Positions 62,921 through 64,000 of a DNA stretch of 64,000 bases are shown piece by piece. The notes below the pieces were generated by a model. That model saw only the letters and a program-made list of their open reading frames with translations, searched no databases and was not told where the DNA came from. The translations under genes and the position numbers were made by a program. The stretch covers positions 1,426,001 to 1,490,000 of the forward strand of contig MU054212.1 of the NCBI GenBank assembly GCA_013239625.1, read 5' to 3'. Position 1 is the stretch's first letter; the number at the start of each line of letters is the position of its first letter. Source of the stretch: Lama guanicoe (Eukaryota).

Positions 62921-64000
62921 CAGTGACTGGAAGCTCTCTACTTACGGAGCAGGTTGTATAGACAGCTCACGTTTGTAACAATGACCTTATACTGACCTTC
63001 AGGCTCTTCAGAACATCTACCAGCAATCTTTGTCTTGACAGCTCTTTGAAGTTTCCTCCTTAATCTGCTCCTGGCTGGTTTCTTCAACTCATTCTCAGAT
63101 GACACAGTATTCACTTTTAATCATCCTGATTATCTTTTTGCAGATGAACTCTAACCTTTCTTAGGTAGAAAGGAACCAAAAGCCAGAAGAATTCTCAAAA
63201 AGGGAGGCAAGCCCATCTGCTTTATGTTGGTTCCACCAGGACTAGGGAGTGTTGACCCCACCCTTGTCCATTTTGCTGCATGGAAACCCCTGGGGACAGG
63301 GGCTGCATGTGTCCATGAGCTATTGGACTCCAGCCCTGGTTTAGATGCTCAAGTTGAAACTATCGAGGCTGACATCACTTGCTTCTCTATGGCTATTTAT
63401 TAGCCATTTATTAGCCAGATATTTATTACACCACTTAAAGAAGAGACACTGAGAAGGGAGGGTAAGCTGAGAGAAGACCTGAAGTGATCAAATTCCCCAC
63501 CTTATTTCCTCTCCCTCTAATGAGTACGTGATGGGAGATTGTGACCAATTAGTCCCGGGACATCTCAAGAATATGGACTGTACCGTTTGCACTGTTAAAT
63601 AGTCATGGTGCGGATTAAATGATTAGGTCCCATTAGGTGTGGATTTATGAATAAATACGCAAAATACATAACACAAAGACAATTGAAAAGAAGGAAAATA
63701 GCATGTATGCAGTGAGGAAATGGATTTTCTCTCTCTCACACACTCAAAAAAATCTCTGTGGCTTCATGTGCATTATAAAACAATATCTTACCTTGTTTTG
63801 GGAAGAGCCTTTCCCATTTCTCTGAGTGTTTCAGCCAAATCCACACCTTTTCTTGGTGCTTTTACCCTTGAGCCTGTGACTCTTGAGCATCTAGTCTTGA
63901 AGAAGTTGATCTCGTCCTATATGTAGCGGTCAACACTTAGAAAGGGGATTTTGGCAAAGCTCTGAGTTATAGGTCAAATTTGTGCCCCTGTCTCTAGTTC

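Noticed and set aside
12..63926. Remaining 60-125 aa ORFs in the six-frame track
   Set aside because: None resembles a protein family I recognise, many lie inside repeats or start at non-ATG codons, and their lengths are what chance would give in non-coding DNA.

Overview
Mammalian nuclear DNA: AT-rich, CpG-depleted, no CpG island. It is intergenic or deep intronic; I cannot recognise any protein-coding gene, RNA gene or processed pseudogene. The only ORF-track peptides I recognise are decayed LINE-1 ORF1/ORF2 pieces. The repeat content points to a camelid: one Vic-1-like tRNA-derived SINE, artiodactyl-type L1 3' ends and an artiodactyl MER41-like LTR, with no Alu, B1, Bov-A/BovB or PRE-1. 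Much of the window is layered transposon debris (MIR, L2, CR1, old and young L1, MaLR/ERVL/ERV1 solo LTRs, hAT MITEs), several copies with readable target-site duplications and nesting. Family names come from recalled consensus sequences, not a search, and boundaries without a TSD are approximate. I find no evidence of a new multi-gene system. The most unusual observations are: (1) an 89-bp perfect inverted copy of unique DNA (12424-12512) pasted into an old MLT1B LTR about 2 kb away; (2) a 147-bp polyadenylated, TSD-flanked retrocopy of what looks like an LTR R-region RNA (61418-61564); (3) an L1 whose endonuclease domain is fused directly to its ORF2 C-terminus; (4) an intact MER41-like solo LTR retaining a STAT/GAS site; (5) several repeat-free, motif-dense blocks and candidate micro-exons.
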